DNA from: Chlorokybus atmophyticus
Lineage: Eukaryota; Plantae; Mesostigma and Chlorokybus algae
Assembly (NCBI GenBank): GCA_009103225.1
Contig: RHPI01000008.1
Coordinates: forward strand, 124,001 to 188,000
Reading direction: 5' to 3'
DNA length: 64,000 bases
The notes beneath the pieces were generated by a model, which saw only the letters and a program-made list of their open reading frames with translations, ran no database searches and was not told the DNA's origin. Shown piece after piece: positions 12,210 to 24,783 of the stretch. Made by a program: the position numbers and the translations under genes. How positions within the stretch are numbered: the stretch's first letter is position 1; every line of letters begins with the position of its first letter.

Positions 12210-12813
12210 AAAGCCCCCTGCTGCGCAAGTGTGTGCGGGTGTGCGCACACACGCACTTGACACACACATCCCTTGCAATAATACAGCCAGTCACCTCCCT
12301 CCCCCCCCCCCNNNNNNNNNNNNNNNNNNNNNNNNNNNNNNNNNNNNNNNNNNNNNNNNNNNNNNNNNNNNNNNNNNNNNNNNNNNNNNNNNNNNNNNNN
12401 NNNNNNNNNNNNNNNNNNNNNNNNNNNNNNNNNNNNNNNNNNNNNNNNNNNNNNNNNNNNNNNNNNNNNNNNNNNNNNNNNNNNNNNNNNNNNNNNNNNN
12501 NNNNNNNNNNNNNNNNNNNNNNNNNNNNNNNNNNNNNNNNNNNNNNNNNNNNNNNNNNNNNNNNNNNNNNNNNNNNNNNNNNNNNNNNNNNNNNNNNNNN
12601 NNNNNNNNNNNNNNNNNNNNNNNNNNNNNNNNNNNNNNNNNNNNNNNNNNNNNNNNNNNNNNNNNNNNNNNNNNNNNNNNNNNNNNNNNNNNNNNNNNNN
12701 NNNNNNNNNNNNNNNNNNNNNNNNNNNNNNNNNNNNNNNNNNNNNNNNNNNNNNNNNNNNNNNNNNNNNNNNNAGCCATTCAGGCCTATCCCTGAAGCAC
12801 TGCATCCCCCCCG

Positions 12814-12855
<42 letters not shown>

Positions 12856-13791
12856 CCCCCCCTTTCCTTTTCCCCCGCGCACGCGCGCGTGTACTCACAC
12901 CCATAGAGCAAGTGACTATGCCGCACAACATGCTTTTCAAGTGCCAGCTGGCGAGAGCGTCCAGAAACAGCCACTTGGCAACCCTCAGAGACAACTTCCT
13001 GCAAGCTGTGCCATTGCCAACGCAGACCTGTTTCAGACACATCAATGGTGGTTAGTTAACCATGCACAGTTTGGATGCGAGCGCTGTGCAAAATGTGAAT
13101 CACGCTGAATACTGTGACGGCACAATGGCGCGAAAGTGTAAAGGATCATCAATAGCGCAACTGATGCCACAGCAGAGAGAACGCACAGCAGACTAAACCA
13201 GTGCTTAGCCACTGTGTCACTACTCAACTCAGGAGCACTGCTGGCATGGCACGCCACAGCTGCCAAGTGCTGCAGGCATCCTGATCCTGAAGAAAAACGT
13301 GCGAGGTAGTCAGCGTGCAACCAGACACACTCATACCCACAAACCCACATGCACGCGTGCACGCACAGTATTCCACACGCACACGCACACACAAATCAGC
13401 GTGCCACGAGTGGTCTGCAGCCCCGACCATCTGCTGCACCCTCTCGTGACAGAAATGCCACGCACGCATGCGCATGCAGACAGCTGGCGTGCGTGCAGAT
13501 GGGTGGGTGGGTGTGGGTGATGGTTGATGCATGTGTGCATCGGCGCGGGGAAGGTGTTTGCAGGCGGGGGGGTGGGGCGGGGGGTAATATGCAGCCAGGT
13601 GACTGGCTGAATAAAAGGCTGTTTGTGCGCATACAAGAAGCTTTGCTTTGTATGTGCGTGCGTGTGTGTGTGGTGGTTGGGTGTTTTGGGGTGGGGGTGG
13701 GGGGGATGGGGAGGGAACGCTATGTGAGCATGCTGGCTGTGTCGACCTCCCGGCAAGCCGTGCAGTTTGAAAATCCAATACAGGTGTCGTG
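12210..13791. repeat. Duplicated block A, copy 1, with inverted sub-terminal modules (contains an N gap)
   Basis: Colinear with 18363-19532 (aagccccctgctgcgc, ttggcaaccctcag, acagctgccaagtg.tgcaggcatcct, tacaggtgt). cagccagtcacct at 12284 is inverted as aggtgactggctg at 13597. Confidence 0.8.
12312..12773. other. Assembly gap (others at 17547-17794, 36084-36307, 51780-52173; single N at 19432, 28621, 43289)
   Basis: N runs, almost all abutting poly-C or poly-G tracts. Confidence 0.98.
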
Positions 13792-14506
13792 TAAACAACG
13801 AGTCTAACAGATTAATACCGTCTGCAACGGCTTGGCACTTTTCTCCATCGGCAGCAGAGATGCGTTACGGCAACCAGTGCGATTGTGAAGCCATCCGCAA
13901 TCTCTGTGCACAGTTGTAACTTACCACAACATGTAACTGTGTGCCACACAGTGTGCATGTGTAAGAAACCTGGATGGCTTCACGCGCCTGACATGTACAT
14001 CGCTCACATTAACTATGTTTTCTGTATGCACGTGTGGCATATGTACAGCGTGGCAAGGCAATGCGCCATGTGCTGCTAGCATAGCGGTAATAACGGTTGC
14101 AGTCAGCATGCCCACACGTAACCAAATTGACTGGGCATATCGGTGCACTTTGTGTCGCACAAGCGGCTTGGTGACCTCGCTCTTGATGTATATAGCTGTA
14201 CAAGGTCAGACTGACAGTCAGGATAACTGCATGCCTCATGACGTGTCGTGGCCCACGCACATGCTTTTGTATGGACATGCCCACGCTCAGCTCATATGGG
14301 CAACATTGTGGAGTTGGACATAGCGCACTTGAGCAGTTCTGTAACTAGTTCCAGCCCTGCACAACCACAGATAGCGTGACAGCATTCACATCTGCCCTCG
14401 CGCTGTAATGGCTGAACATATTGTAAAGCGAGGATTATCAAGACCTTACATCTTGCCAAACCGTTCCTCTCAACCAATGTTACATACGGAATACCTACCT
14501 GCTGAG

Positions 14507-15463
14507 TTAGTCACAGCAGAGCGTGTTTGCATCACTCAACATCGCCAATGTGTCTTTGTGGATGAAACGTTGCCCCACTCTTATCATAGCTCGTGGCTCT
14601 TCAGTCTTGATGACCGGTATAGTCTCACATAACCATGTTGGCGGACGACTTGAATGAGTGGGCACTGTTGCAGACTCCTCTACAATTGCACAGGCATTGC
14701 GCCACCGCTTTGTGAGTATGTTGAACACAGTCTCGCTGCTGCACATGCACATATACTGCTTTTGCAGCTGGGACATGGACACGGTTACCTTCGACAGGTG
14801 TGCGATAGCGGCTTGACGCAGCTGCAGCAGGTCGTAAACATCCGCAAGCGCTGCCACCTTTGCTGGCTGTTGTTGAACTTGGCTCAGGAGGTATTGCTCG
14901 CAACTGTGCAACACAATCTTGACTTGGTACTTCCTTGCCAGCTCCAGAATTCTTTCCGCTGCCGCCTGGCATAGTTAGAGTTAGTGATGTTATTTTAACC
15001 TTACTGGCAGAGCTTCTCGCATGCATGTGTACACAGCAGCGGCAAAAACACGAGAGACCCGTTAAATGACTGACTGCAAATACCAGAGAACAACATCAGC
15101 GGCAACCAGAGACATGCATACCACGTCAGGTTGTAGTGTGGTTCCGTCAATAGGAGTGATGAGACACAAGAACAACTCCATGTCTGCCGCAGAAGTGTCT
15201 TCTACAACCAGCTTTGAAGCATGCGTGGAATGCAGCAGGTCTTTTAGCACAACACTGTGTTTCGCCAGCACCCACTTGGTAGTCCTCAGTTCTTTGCCTG
15301 CGATACATGTCCAGCAACACTGTCATGAACTTGCGGTGGTCCAAGAAGACTCTTCTCAACGTGACAGAGACAGGGCCACCACACAACACAACAACCAGCT
15401 TGCAGGCTGACCTTCCACTACCAACACGAAGTCGCTGAAGTCGTCGCTCGCCCGCTGGTCCAT
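14507..15463 (-). CDS. BTB/POZ-domain protein (BTB2), exons 15463-15412, 15297-15122, 14965-14507
   Basis: MDQRASDDFSDFVLVVEG|KELRTTKWVLAKHSVVLKDLL..|AAAERILELARKYQVKIVLHSCEQYLL. Intron positions match BTB1 and the frame is open. Confidence 0.85.
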
Positions 15464-17196
15464 CGTAACCGATGATAGTAGCTGTGACAAATACGCTGCA
15501 TTGACAGCCATGAGTGTAGGTCCGCACAACGGCTGGCCAGACACGAGCACTCAGTAACAAAACTATCACGGTACCAACAATCACGGAAAGCAGGGTGTTG
15601 AAGGGTATGGTATGGTGCTGAAGTCGTTCAGTAATTACAGAGCAAGTGTCTCAATGCTTCGAGCAGAGCACAAAATGTCTATGCGGCTTACCTCACGCCT
15701 TGTTGTATGATCCAGCTGGAGACGGCAAGAAACAACGCCGCCGCTGGGCAGCTCCAACAGCAAAGTGCAATGTTGACGTAGGTTTCTTACAGCAGCCATC
15801 GCTGCCATAGCTAACTTGCAGCTCTGTGCAGCTGTCACATCTGCACGATGTGACAGTTGCACAACGCAAGCGTGATTCTAAGATTTACGAAGCACAAATC
15901 ACATCAGCAAGCTGATGTGACTAGTGCTTCATGCTTAGCCGTATACATGGGTTTGCAATCGTCAGCTGGGCTACTTCGCAAATTCAAGTTGGGATGAACC
16001 TTGGGCCGCAATCATCACAGCGTCGCCAACTGCTCCCGATGCAAACATGCCAAGCCGTATTACGAAACACGAGTTGGGATTGTGATATTTGGGCTTCTGC
16101 AGAAACATGCATGCATGCAGCAGTATGTTACACTGACCAGTGGTGTCGCAGTTGATAACATCCATGCATTTTAACTGCAGGTTGCAGCGGATGGCTCGAG
16201 CCCGGTTTTACACAGCAAGCGCGTGATGCCCGCTCTGCAAATACAGGCAGCTCTCATGCAATGCACCTGTAAAAATGTAGAGTGTCTTGGTCAACAACAG
16301 CTTGTCCTGTAGCCGATGTGCCTTTGAGGGCAAACTCACCTCCAAAGTTGATTCTCCGTGTACTTGCTGCAGACTGACGGTTGCTTTGCCACTCCATGAC
16401 TTGCTGCTTACAGCCATGCTATGGCCTGACGCTTCTGTACCTTAGCGGTTCATGCATGTCCGACATGCATAAACACTCTGTTTGGCAAATGCACTGTACA
16501 AGCTACATCATCCAACTAATTCCCCGCTTGCCCTTAGTGTGGTGACCCACACTGTTTGCGCTAGAGATTCCATGTGAGCATCATTATGGATGAGCAAGGG
16601 CGGGGTCACCCAGTGACCTCTCATCATCACAGCGCTGGGATGATGAGAGGTCACTGATGAAAACTGACTAATGACCCCGCCTACCTCATCCATAATTGCC
16701 CGACCAGCACGACCGGCGAGTTGAGCACTCACCCCCGTATGGCCAAGCACCCGGCTTTGTTGCAAGTGCAGCAAGCATGATGCCCACTTTGGTCCGGCCA
16801 GAAACAAACTGAAATACCACTAGCATTGCCGTCCAAGACGATTGCCACCAGCTCCCACACCGCTGACACCATGCAAGCAAGCAGTCCTGTCAAAAGCAGC
16901 AACGCTCAACACAAGCGACCTCCTGCTGCCCGGAACCTCCCCGCCCACCGAGCAAGCGCTCCCGCGCTTTCCCGCCCCATCCCCGCCCCTGGCCACCCCG
17001 ACTGCAAAACCAGCCTCTCTCCCGTCCGCGCCCCCGCCGCCGCCCCCGCCCTCACCCAGCCCAGCACCCGCACTCCCGCCCATCAGCTCTTTCCTGCTCT
17101 CTCTTCCATGCACTGCACAACATCAGACCGAACTGCTGCTAAGACCCCACCGCAGCCTGCCGGGCGCAAGGGCCTGACTGCCGACGACGGACAGAA

Positions 17197-17242
17197 GGAT
17201 AAGCACGACAACGCATGCATGGCAGCAGTGTCGTGCTTATCC
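17197..17242. promoter_or_regulatory. Conserved stem-loop upstream of BTB2
   Basis: ggataagcacgaca / tgtcgtgcttatcc, 14-bp perfect arms, 18-nt loop. Confidence 0.5.
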
Positions 17243-18362
17243 CCATCGCCATGCGTGTGGGTTACATGATGTAACACACTGCCTGTGTCGCTCAACGGTG
17301 GGCTGAATTTGGAATGCCGCTTGACATTGTTGTCGCTGAGCTATCGGTATTGGCCAACATGATGTTCTGCGCTGCTTCTGCCGGTAGGGCTGACAAGGAG
17401 GAGATGAGGGAAGAGGAGGAGCAGGAGCAGGAGAGGAGAGAGACCGTAGCGTGTCAGTTGGGTCTTTAGGGTGGCTGCAGCGTCCTCTGCTGCGGACAAG
17501 GTGAGGCGGAGTTGGAAAGCAGCGGTGAAGGGAAGGGGGGAGGGGGNNNNNNNNNNNNNNNNNNNNNNNNNNNNNNNNNNNNNNNNNNNNNNNNNNNNNN
17601 NNNNNNNNNNNNNNNNNNNNNNNNNNNNNNNNNNNNNNNNNNNNNNNNNNNNNNNNNNNNNNNNNNNNNNNNNNNNNNNNNNNNNNNNNNNNNNNNNNNN
17701 NNNNNNNNNNNNNNNNNNNNNNNNNNNNNNNNNNNNNNNNNNNNNNNNNNNNNNNNNNNNNNNNNNNNNNNNNNNNNNNNNNNNNNNNNNNNNNGGGGGG
17801 GGGGGGCGCAGCATTGTGGTGGTGCGTGATGGAAGAGGAAGTGAGCTGCTGCTGCTGATGGACTGGAAGCGTATAATCAAGTGAGTGGCAAAGGCGATGC
17901 ATTCTTATTGCACACATGCGTGGTGCTGTGGGTGAGGGTGGGGGTAGGGGTAGGGTCTTATTCTTTTTGCTTGGTTTCGGGACGACACGGTGCTCTGCCG
18001 TGATAGTATGGCGTGCTGTGCCAGCATACATACACAGGCAATTGTGGGCGGGCATGGCCCATGCCGCATGGGGACATTCTTGTTCACACGCCTCTGAGAG
18101 CACATGCTATGCTCTGCGAGGACCTCAATTCAAACAAAGTGGCACTGTCCGAAGCTTTTGTGCTGGTCGCTACTATTCTAGCATAGTACTGACCTCACAA
18201 GCATCTGGCTGTACAAAAACTTGGATTCAGGTCGCACTTATGCTGAGCCCGTCATTCTGCTCCTCAAATGCTTGCTATTGCTTTGAAGCCCTTTTCAACA
18301 GGCCTGCTACTGAAGGGGAAGCATTCTGAGCGACGTCTCCCGCTCCCATCGTCAATCAATGA

Positions 18363-19532
18363 AAAGCCCCCTGCTGCGCGCGTGTGCGTGCGTGCGCAGA
18401 CACGCGCTTGACGCACACAACCTTTGCAATCAGAGAGCCAGTCACCTAGCTGCGTACATCCTCCTCCTCCCCTCCCCCGCCCATGCATGCGCGCGCGCGC
18501 ACATGTGCTCACGCCCAGCAATTGATTATGCCTTTGCTTTGTGACAGATCGCACACAGCCAAACAGAACCTATGTGTCAGCTAGCGAGGGCGGCTAGCAG
18601 CACTGCCATTTGGCAACCCTCAGGGACAACCATCTGAAAGCTGCGCCAGTGCAGACTTCTAAGGCAACATAGTGGTTGGGATAGCTACCATGCACAGTCC
18701 ACTGAACTGTGCATGGTATTGGTGCAACTGTCACATCTGCCAGAACTGTTTTAGGAGTGTAGGAGTTCGTCAGGAAGCTAATGTCAGAGCAGAGGACGCA
18801 CAGCAGACTGGACTAACTTTTTGACTGCTTAGCCACACTCTTTCACACTGTGCCATGCAGCACATGCCACAGCTGCCAAGTGTTGCAGGCATCCTAAGTT
18901 TTTGAGGAAATGTGCCAGGTAGCCAGCGTGCAACACAGACACACCCACAAATCTACATGCGCGCGCGCACGCACACGCATGTAGATTTGTGGGTGTGTCT
19001 GTGTTGCACGCTGGCTACCTGGCGCGCGCACGCACACGCACACACAGACCAATGTCGACTGCACCCCCGACCACCTGCTGCATTTACTCGTGAGTAGTAA
19101 CAGACCCAATGCACGCATGCGCCTGCACACTCACGCACATGCGCACGCGCACGCGCACGCAGACAGGCGTCACAGTGGAAAGCCCCATTTTGCGCACGTG
19201 CGTGTGGATGGGTGGGTCTGCCTGGGCCTGCATGCATGTGTGCATGTGCGCTTGGGGTGGCGGGGTTGTACACAGCCACTAGCAGGTGACTGGCTGTTTG
19301 GTTGATGAAATGTTTGTGCACGTGCAACCAGACGTACATGCACACGCACGCTCGCAAATGGCTTGGTGTAACGTGCATGCATGGGTGAGTGTCACGCACC
19401 CCGGGTGGCACTGCGGGGGCAGAGGGGGGGTANAACGGGGGGGGGGGGGGATGCAATGGAATGGGCTGTTTGACTGTTAAAAGGCTGGTGTCGACCCCTG
19501 CAGTCTTCAAGCCTGAGCATACAGGTGTTGTG
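18363..19532. repeat. Duplicated block A, copy 2
   Basis: Colinear with 12210-13791. Inverted modules at 18436 (agccagtcacct) and 19284 (aggtgactggctg). Confidence 0.8.
18914..19023. repeat. Perfect 48-bp inverted repeat, 14-nt loop
   Basis: gccaggtagccagcgtgcaacacagacacacccacaaatctacatgcg (18914-18961) is the exact reverse complement of 18976-19023. Confidence 0.95.
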
Positions 19533-20162
19533 GAATTCGATCTACGAGATGAAAATTATAGCCAATTGCAACGGCTCCAAAGCTGTCTGCAATTCTGTTG
19601 GTTGATCCGTGCGCGGTTGATTTACCATAACGTATGATGACAAGCTGTACACGTATCGGAAGCTCGTTTGGCTTTATGTGATCCAAATACCTGACCCATA
19701 TACAAAAAGGAATTGACAATTGCGCTAGCATTCCATATGCATGTTCGGCATGTCTTCGCGTAAAGCTGCGTGACAGTGCCATTACACCACGTGTCCCTTT
19801 TAATTTAAAAGGTACATAAGAATTGCAGTTATCATGCCGTGCTGTTACCGACTGGGCATGTCGCTGCATTGCAATCGTTTACTAATTCATCAACATCTTT
19901 GACCAGCGTGGTCCAAAAAGTCGTAGCTAGCGCACGCACGTTGGCTTTCAAGCTGAGTGCTCATGGTCATGTCGTATGGGCAACAACGTGAGATCAGCAG
20001 TTCTAAACCAATGCAACTGGGAATTTGTACAACCGTACATGGCGTGACAGATTGAGCACTTACTATTGGGCATCTTTGCACAGACTGAGGATTGCCAAGA
20101 CCATCTATCTGACTAGATCGTGGCTATCAATCATGGCTCAACTACCTGTCAAGTTGAAGACA

Positions 20163-21081
20163 TCACAACGTGTTTGCATCACTCAGTATTGCTAATGTGT
20201 CTTTGTGGATGTAGCCTTGCCCCCAAGTTCTTTGGGCTCGTGGCTCTTCAGTCTTGATGACCGGCACATTTTCATGTTTCCATGCTGGCGGAAAGGGGAA
20301 TGAATGCAATCCTCCCCCTCTGACTGTTGCGGACTCCTCTAGAATTGCACAAGTATTGCGCCACCGCTTGGTGAGTATGTCGAACACGGTCTCGCCATTG
20401 CACATGCACATATACTGCCTTTGAACCTTGGACATGGGCACGTCCACCTTCGATAAGTGTGTGATAGCGGCTTGACGCAGCTTTGGCATGTCGTAAGCAT
20501 CTGCAAGCGCTGCCAGTTTTGCTGGATGTTGTTGAACTTGGCTCAAAAGGTAGTCCTCGCAGCCCTGTATCACACTCTTGACTTGGTACTTCCTTGCCAT
20601 CTCCAGCATTCTTTCCGCTGCCGCCTGTCACATGAATAGTTGATACTAACATCAGGTCAAGGCCTACTGGCATAGCTTCTCGCATGCACGTGCATAGCCT
20701 GAACATCATGATGATCAGCGGCAACGGACGACACGTATACCAAGTCAAGTTGCAGTGTGGTCCTGTCATTGGGACTGACGAGACTCAGGCACAGCTCCAT
20801 GTCTGCCACGGAAGTATCTTCTACCACGAGCTGTGAAGCCAACGTGGACAGCATAAGGTCTTTCAGCACAATGCTGTGTCTCGCCAGCAGCCATTTACTG
20901 GTCCTCAGTTCTTTCCCTGCGATGTGTATGTGTCATTCAGAAACACTGTCATGCAAGTAGTGGTGAAGCACAACTCTTAACGAGACAGAAACGCAAACAT
21001 GACAAGAACAAACAGCTTGCCAGGCGGACCTTCCACCACCAAAACAAAGTCGCTGAAGTCGTCGCTTGCCTGCTGGACCAT
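20163..21081 (-). CDS. BTB/POZ-domain protein (BTB3), exons 21081-21030, 20916-20741, 20624-20163
   Basis: MVQQASDDFSDFVLVVEG|KELRTSKWLLARHSIVLKDLM..|AAAERMLEMARKYQVKSVIQGCEDYLL. Same gene structure, open frame. Confidence 0.85.
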
Positions 21082-21567
21082 CTTAAGCAATAACGGTAGC
21101 TGTGACGCGTACACTGCGTTGACATTTCGTGAGCGTAAGTCCGCACGACGTCCGACCAGGCATGTGCACGCATTGACCAAACCCTCATACAAGAAGAATC
21201 AGCGCATGGAGCAGGGTGCGATGATGCTGAAGTCGTTCAGTAAGATTGCATACAATCAGCAAGTGTCTCAGTAGAGGCTGAAATCAAAATGGGTGTACGT
21301 TTGCTGACCTTACGCCCTGTTGTAGATTCCAGCTGGAGAGGGCAATCCACTCGCCGCCTGACAGCCACACAGCACAAGGCGGTCGTCAGCAGCAGGTACG
21401 TTGCAACTTTGGTACTCAGAGTCAAGGATTGCCAACCGCTTCCTATGCATGCCAAGCCTCTCAGTAGGACAAAAACTTTGCTGCAGCTTGAAACTTGAGC
21501 GCGACTAGACTCATCAAAACCGCTAAAACAACGCAACCATGCAGCTCTAACAGAAGCAGCAACGCTC

Positions 21568-21612
<45 letters not shown>

Positions 21613-21814
21613 TCTGCGCCACCTGCCACACCCCTAACTCTTCTTCTCCCGCCTTCACTAAGCCCAACACCACGCGCCCCCACCCGCACTCGTCCGCGCT
21701 CCCGCCCCCCAAAACCACAGCATCAAACCCGAGTCGGAGTGACTCCCTCACACCGCTGCTGTCCGTCAGACCCACCCACCCACCGTCGTGACTGCCGACG
21801 GAAAGAGGAGAGAT

Positions 21815-21862
21815 GGATAAGCACGACACAGTATGCATGCATGGAAGCGTCCGTGCTTATCC
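21815..21862. promoter_or_regulatory. Conserved stem-loop upstream of BTB3
   Basis: ggataagcacg / cgtgcttatcc, 11-bp perfect arms, extendable by 2 bp across a 1-nt bulge. Confidence 0.5.
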
Positions 21863-23198
21863 CCGAACGCTGTGGGACACTGCAGCGTCTCTCTGCTGCG
21901 GTGCGGATGAGGTGGAGCTTGCAGGTGGCGGCAGCGGCGCTGCGGCTGTGTGGTTGTATGGGAGGCAGAGGAGGTGAGCTAATGCTGCTGCTGCTGCTGC
22001 TGCTGGACTGGAAGTGTCCTCTACTACGGTGAGTGGCGGAAGCAGTGCAATCTCGCTGCGCACATGCGTGATGGTGCATGCCGGCCAGGTGGTGTGGCCT
22101 GGCTTATGGATGTGGGTGAGGGCGGGTGCTGAATTCTCAGCTTGCTAGCTTAGAGGTTTGGAAGTTGCCTGCCGGGTTACCCTTCAGGAAGAGTTACATG
22201 TGTCTTGCTAGTTATTAAGCAACGCAGTGTTCTGCCTCAGGCAAGGCTTGACACGATGGGCGTGCTAGCACACACTTGGCAAGCAGCAAGTGTAAGGCCC
22301 GGGACAACCTTACTTCCGCACTGCGTTACACCTCTCACAGCACATGCTGTCTCTCGTGCTCTGCCACTACTGTATTACAATATTGACCACACAAACACTT
22401 GACTAGAGAATAACTTCACGTCTCAGGTTGCACTAGTGCTCAACCTGTCTGATCCTCAGATTCTCTCTGTTGCCCTGGATCCCTCTTCAACAACGGCCTG
22501 CTGCTGCTGGTGGTAAACCTCAACGACTAACCAGTATGGGCGCCATGTGCCGTTGCACGTGTGCTGCAAACAGATGAGCAGCGCGTTTGCTGTTGCATTG
22601 CATTCTGTGCCTGCTTGTCTTCCACCCAGTTCCAGCGTTTGTACGTGCAACATCAGGGCATGTAGCCCCCCCCCCCCCGGAATACAAATGCTGATGATTG
22701 CGATTGTCAAGCCCTTGACTGCCGACCCAGGTTGAGACTCAGGTTGGTTGCTATCGGCTGACGAGCAGTGGGAGGGTATGATTGCAATTGTGGAGACCCA
22801 GCTGCCGAACCGGCCGCGTCGGCCATTGCGAGATCACATGGATGCATGCATGAGCAAAGCAACTTGCCACCAGAGTGAGTGACTTTTACCTGCTGCGTCC
22901 TTACTCACATGGGCAATCCTGTTGAAGCAGTGCATGTGCCTACGTGCATGCGGGCCTAGATGCAGACACATGTGTCTGTGCATGCGTGTGCGTCACGGGT
23001 GCGTGAAGTCATGTGCACGCCTGCGTGCATACGTGCGTGTGTACATTCAGCGCTGCTCACAACTAACCTGCTTTAAGTACTTGCCAATTGACGTCAGTGA
23101 CGTCAGTGACGCAGGCCGAAGCATTGAGGAAGCACTGCAGCTCGCAAGTTACTCATGATGACCCAAACGTAAGACAAGAAAAAGCAGCACTCAGCTTT

Positions 23199-23795
<597 letters not shown>

Positions 23796-23850
23796 ATCTA
23801 TAAGTACCCTTACCTCGGTTGAGCGGGAAGAGCTTGCAAACGGAAAACGC

Positions 23851-24783
23851 CTACAGCTCGAGCACCTCCGCCGTCTTCTTGTGCATGTACATCTTGAACG
23901 GGTCCTTTGGCAAATTCCTCTGCAGGTGGCGACATATGGCTTGGCAGTGTCTTAGGCTCCATCCCTCTGGAAGGTCCCTTTTGTCAAGGCTCTCAGCTTT
24001 TATGGAAGCGCACTCCATGAGTATACAGCGCGCTTGCTCCCATCGAGCATTGAATATGCTGAAGACGGTCTCCCCTTTGCACTTGCACAACTCTTCTTTC
24101 ACAAGGAAATCTGTGGGAACATCCAGCTGTGACAAGCACTGAACAGCAGTCTGGCGCAGCATGGGCATATCATAAGTGTCGGCGATGGCCGCCATCTTAG
24201 CGGACTGGGTGGCGTCCCGTGCGAAGCGGAGCAGATACTCCTCGCAATGCTGCACGACAATGAGGGCACCATACTTCCTCGCCAACTCCAACATTTTGGG
24301 GGTGTTGTCCTGCAAGGCGGCGTGTACACAAGTAAGGCAACATTGCCGCAACGGCAGGCACCATCCTTGCACGTGCACCCATGAGCACACGCGCACGCGC
24401 ACCCATGCACCCACGAGCGTGCGCGTACTACGTGTGGCACACACACACACGCAACTTGAACGTGTGATACATACCTTGTCCAGCGTCAATTTTGTTTTGT
24501 CTGTGGCATTCAACACGGACAAGAACAGCTCCATGTCTGCGGGCATCACGTCATCCATCTCCATCTGCGTGGTGTCTGGGCAGGACTTGAACAAGTCCCT
24601 AAACACCGCACTATGCCTTGCCAAGGCCCACTTGCTGCTCGTAAACAACTGCCCTGTGAAGCAAGTCAAGGGCTGAGTACTGCATTCCTAGCCGCCTTCA
24701 GAAGAGACACAGCTCACATACCACTTGCCTGAGACAATGATGGTGAAGTCACTGTAGTCCTGCTCGGTGTCCTTCTGCTCCAT
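23851..24783 (-). CDS. BTB/POZ-domain protein (BTB4), exons 24783-24729, 24653-24475, 24309-23851; first intron GC-AG
   Basis: MEQKDTEQDYSDFTIIVSG|QLFTSSKWALARHSAVFRDLF..DVMPADMELFLSVL..|DNTPKMLELARKYGALIVVQHCEEYLL. The donor reads AG|GCAAGT. The nearby GT donor would break the frame. Confidence 0.8.

Noticed and set aside
12008-13108. Long ORFs containing X runs (also at 17.2-18.1, 35.9-36.4 and 51.5-52.3 kb)
   Set aside because: They stay open only because N gaps contain no stop codons.
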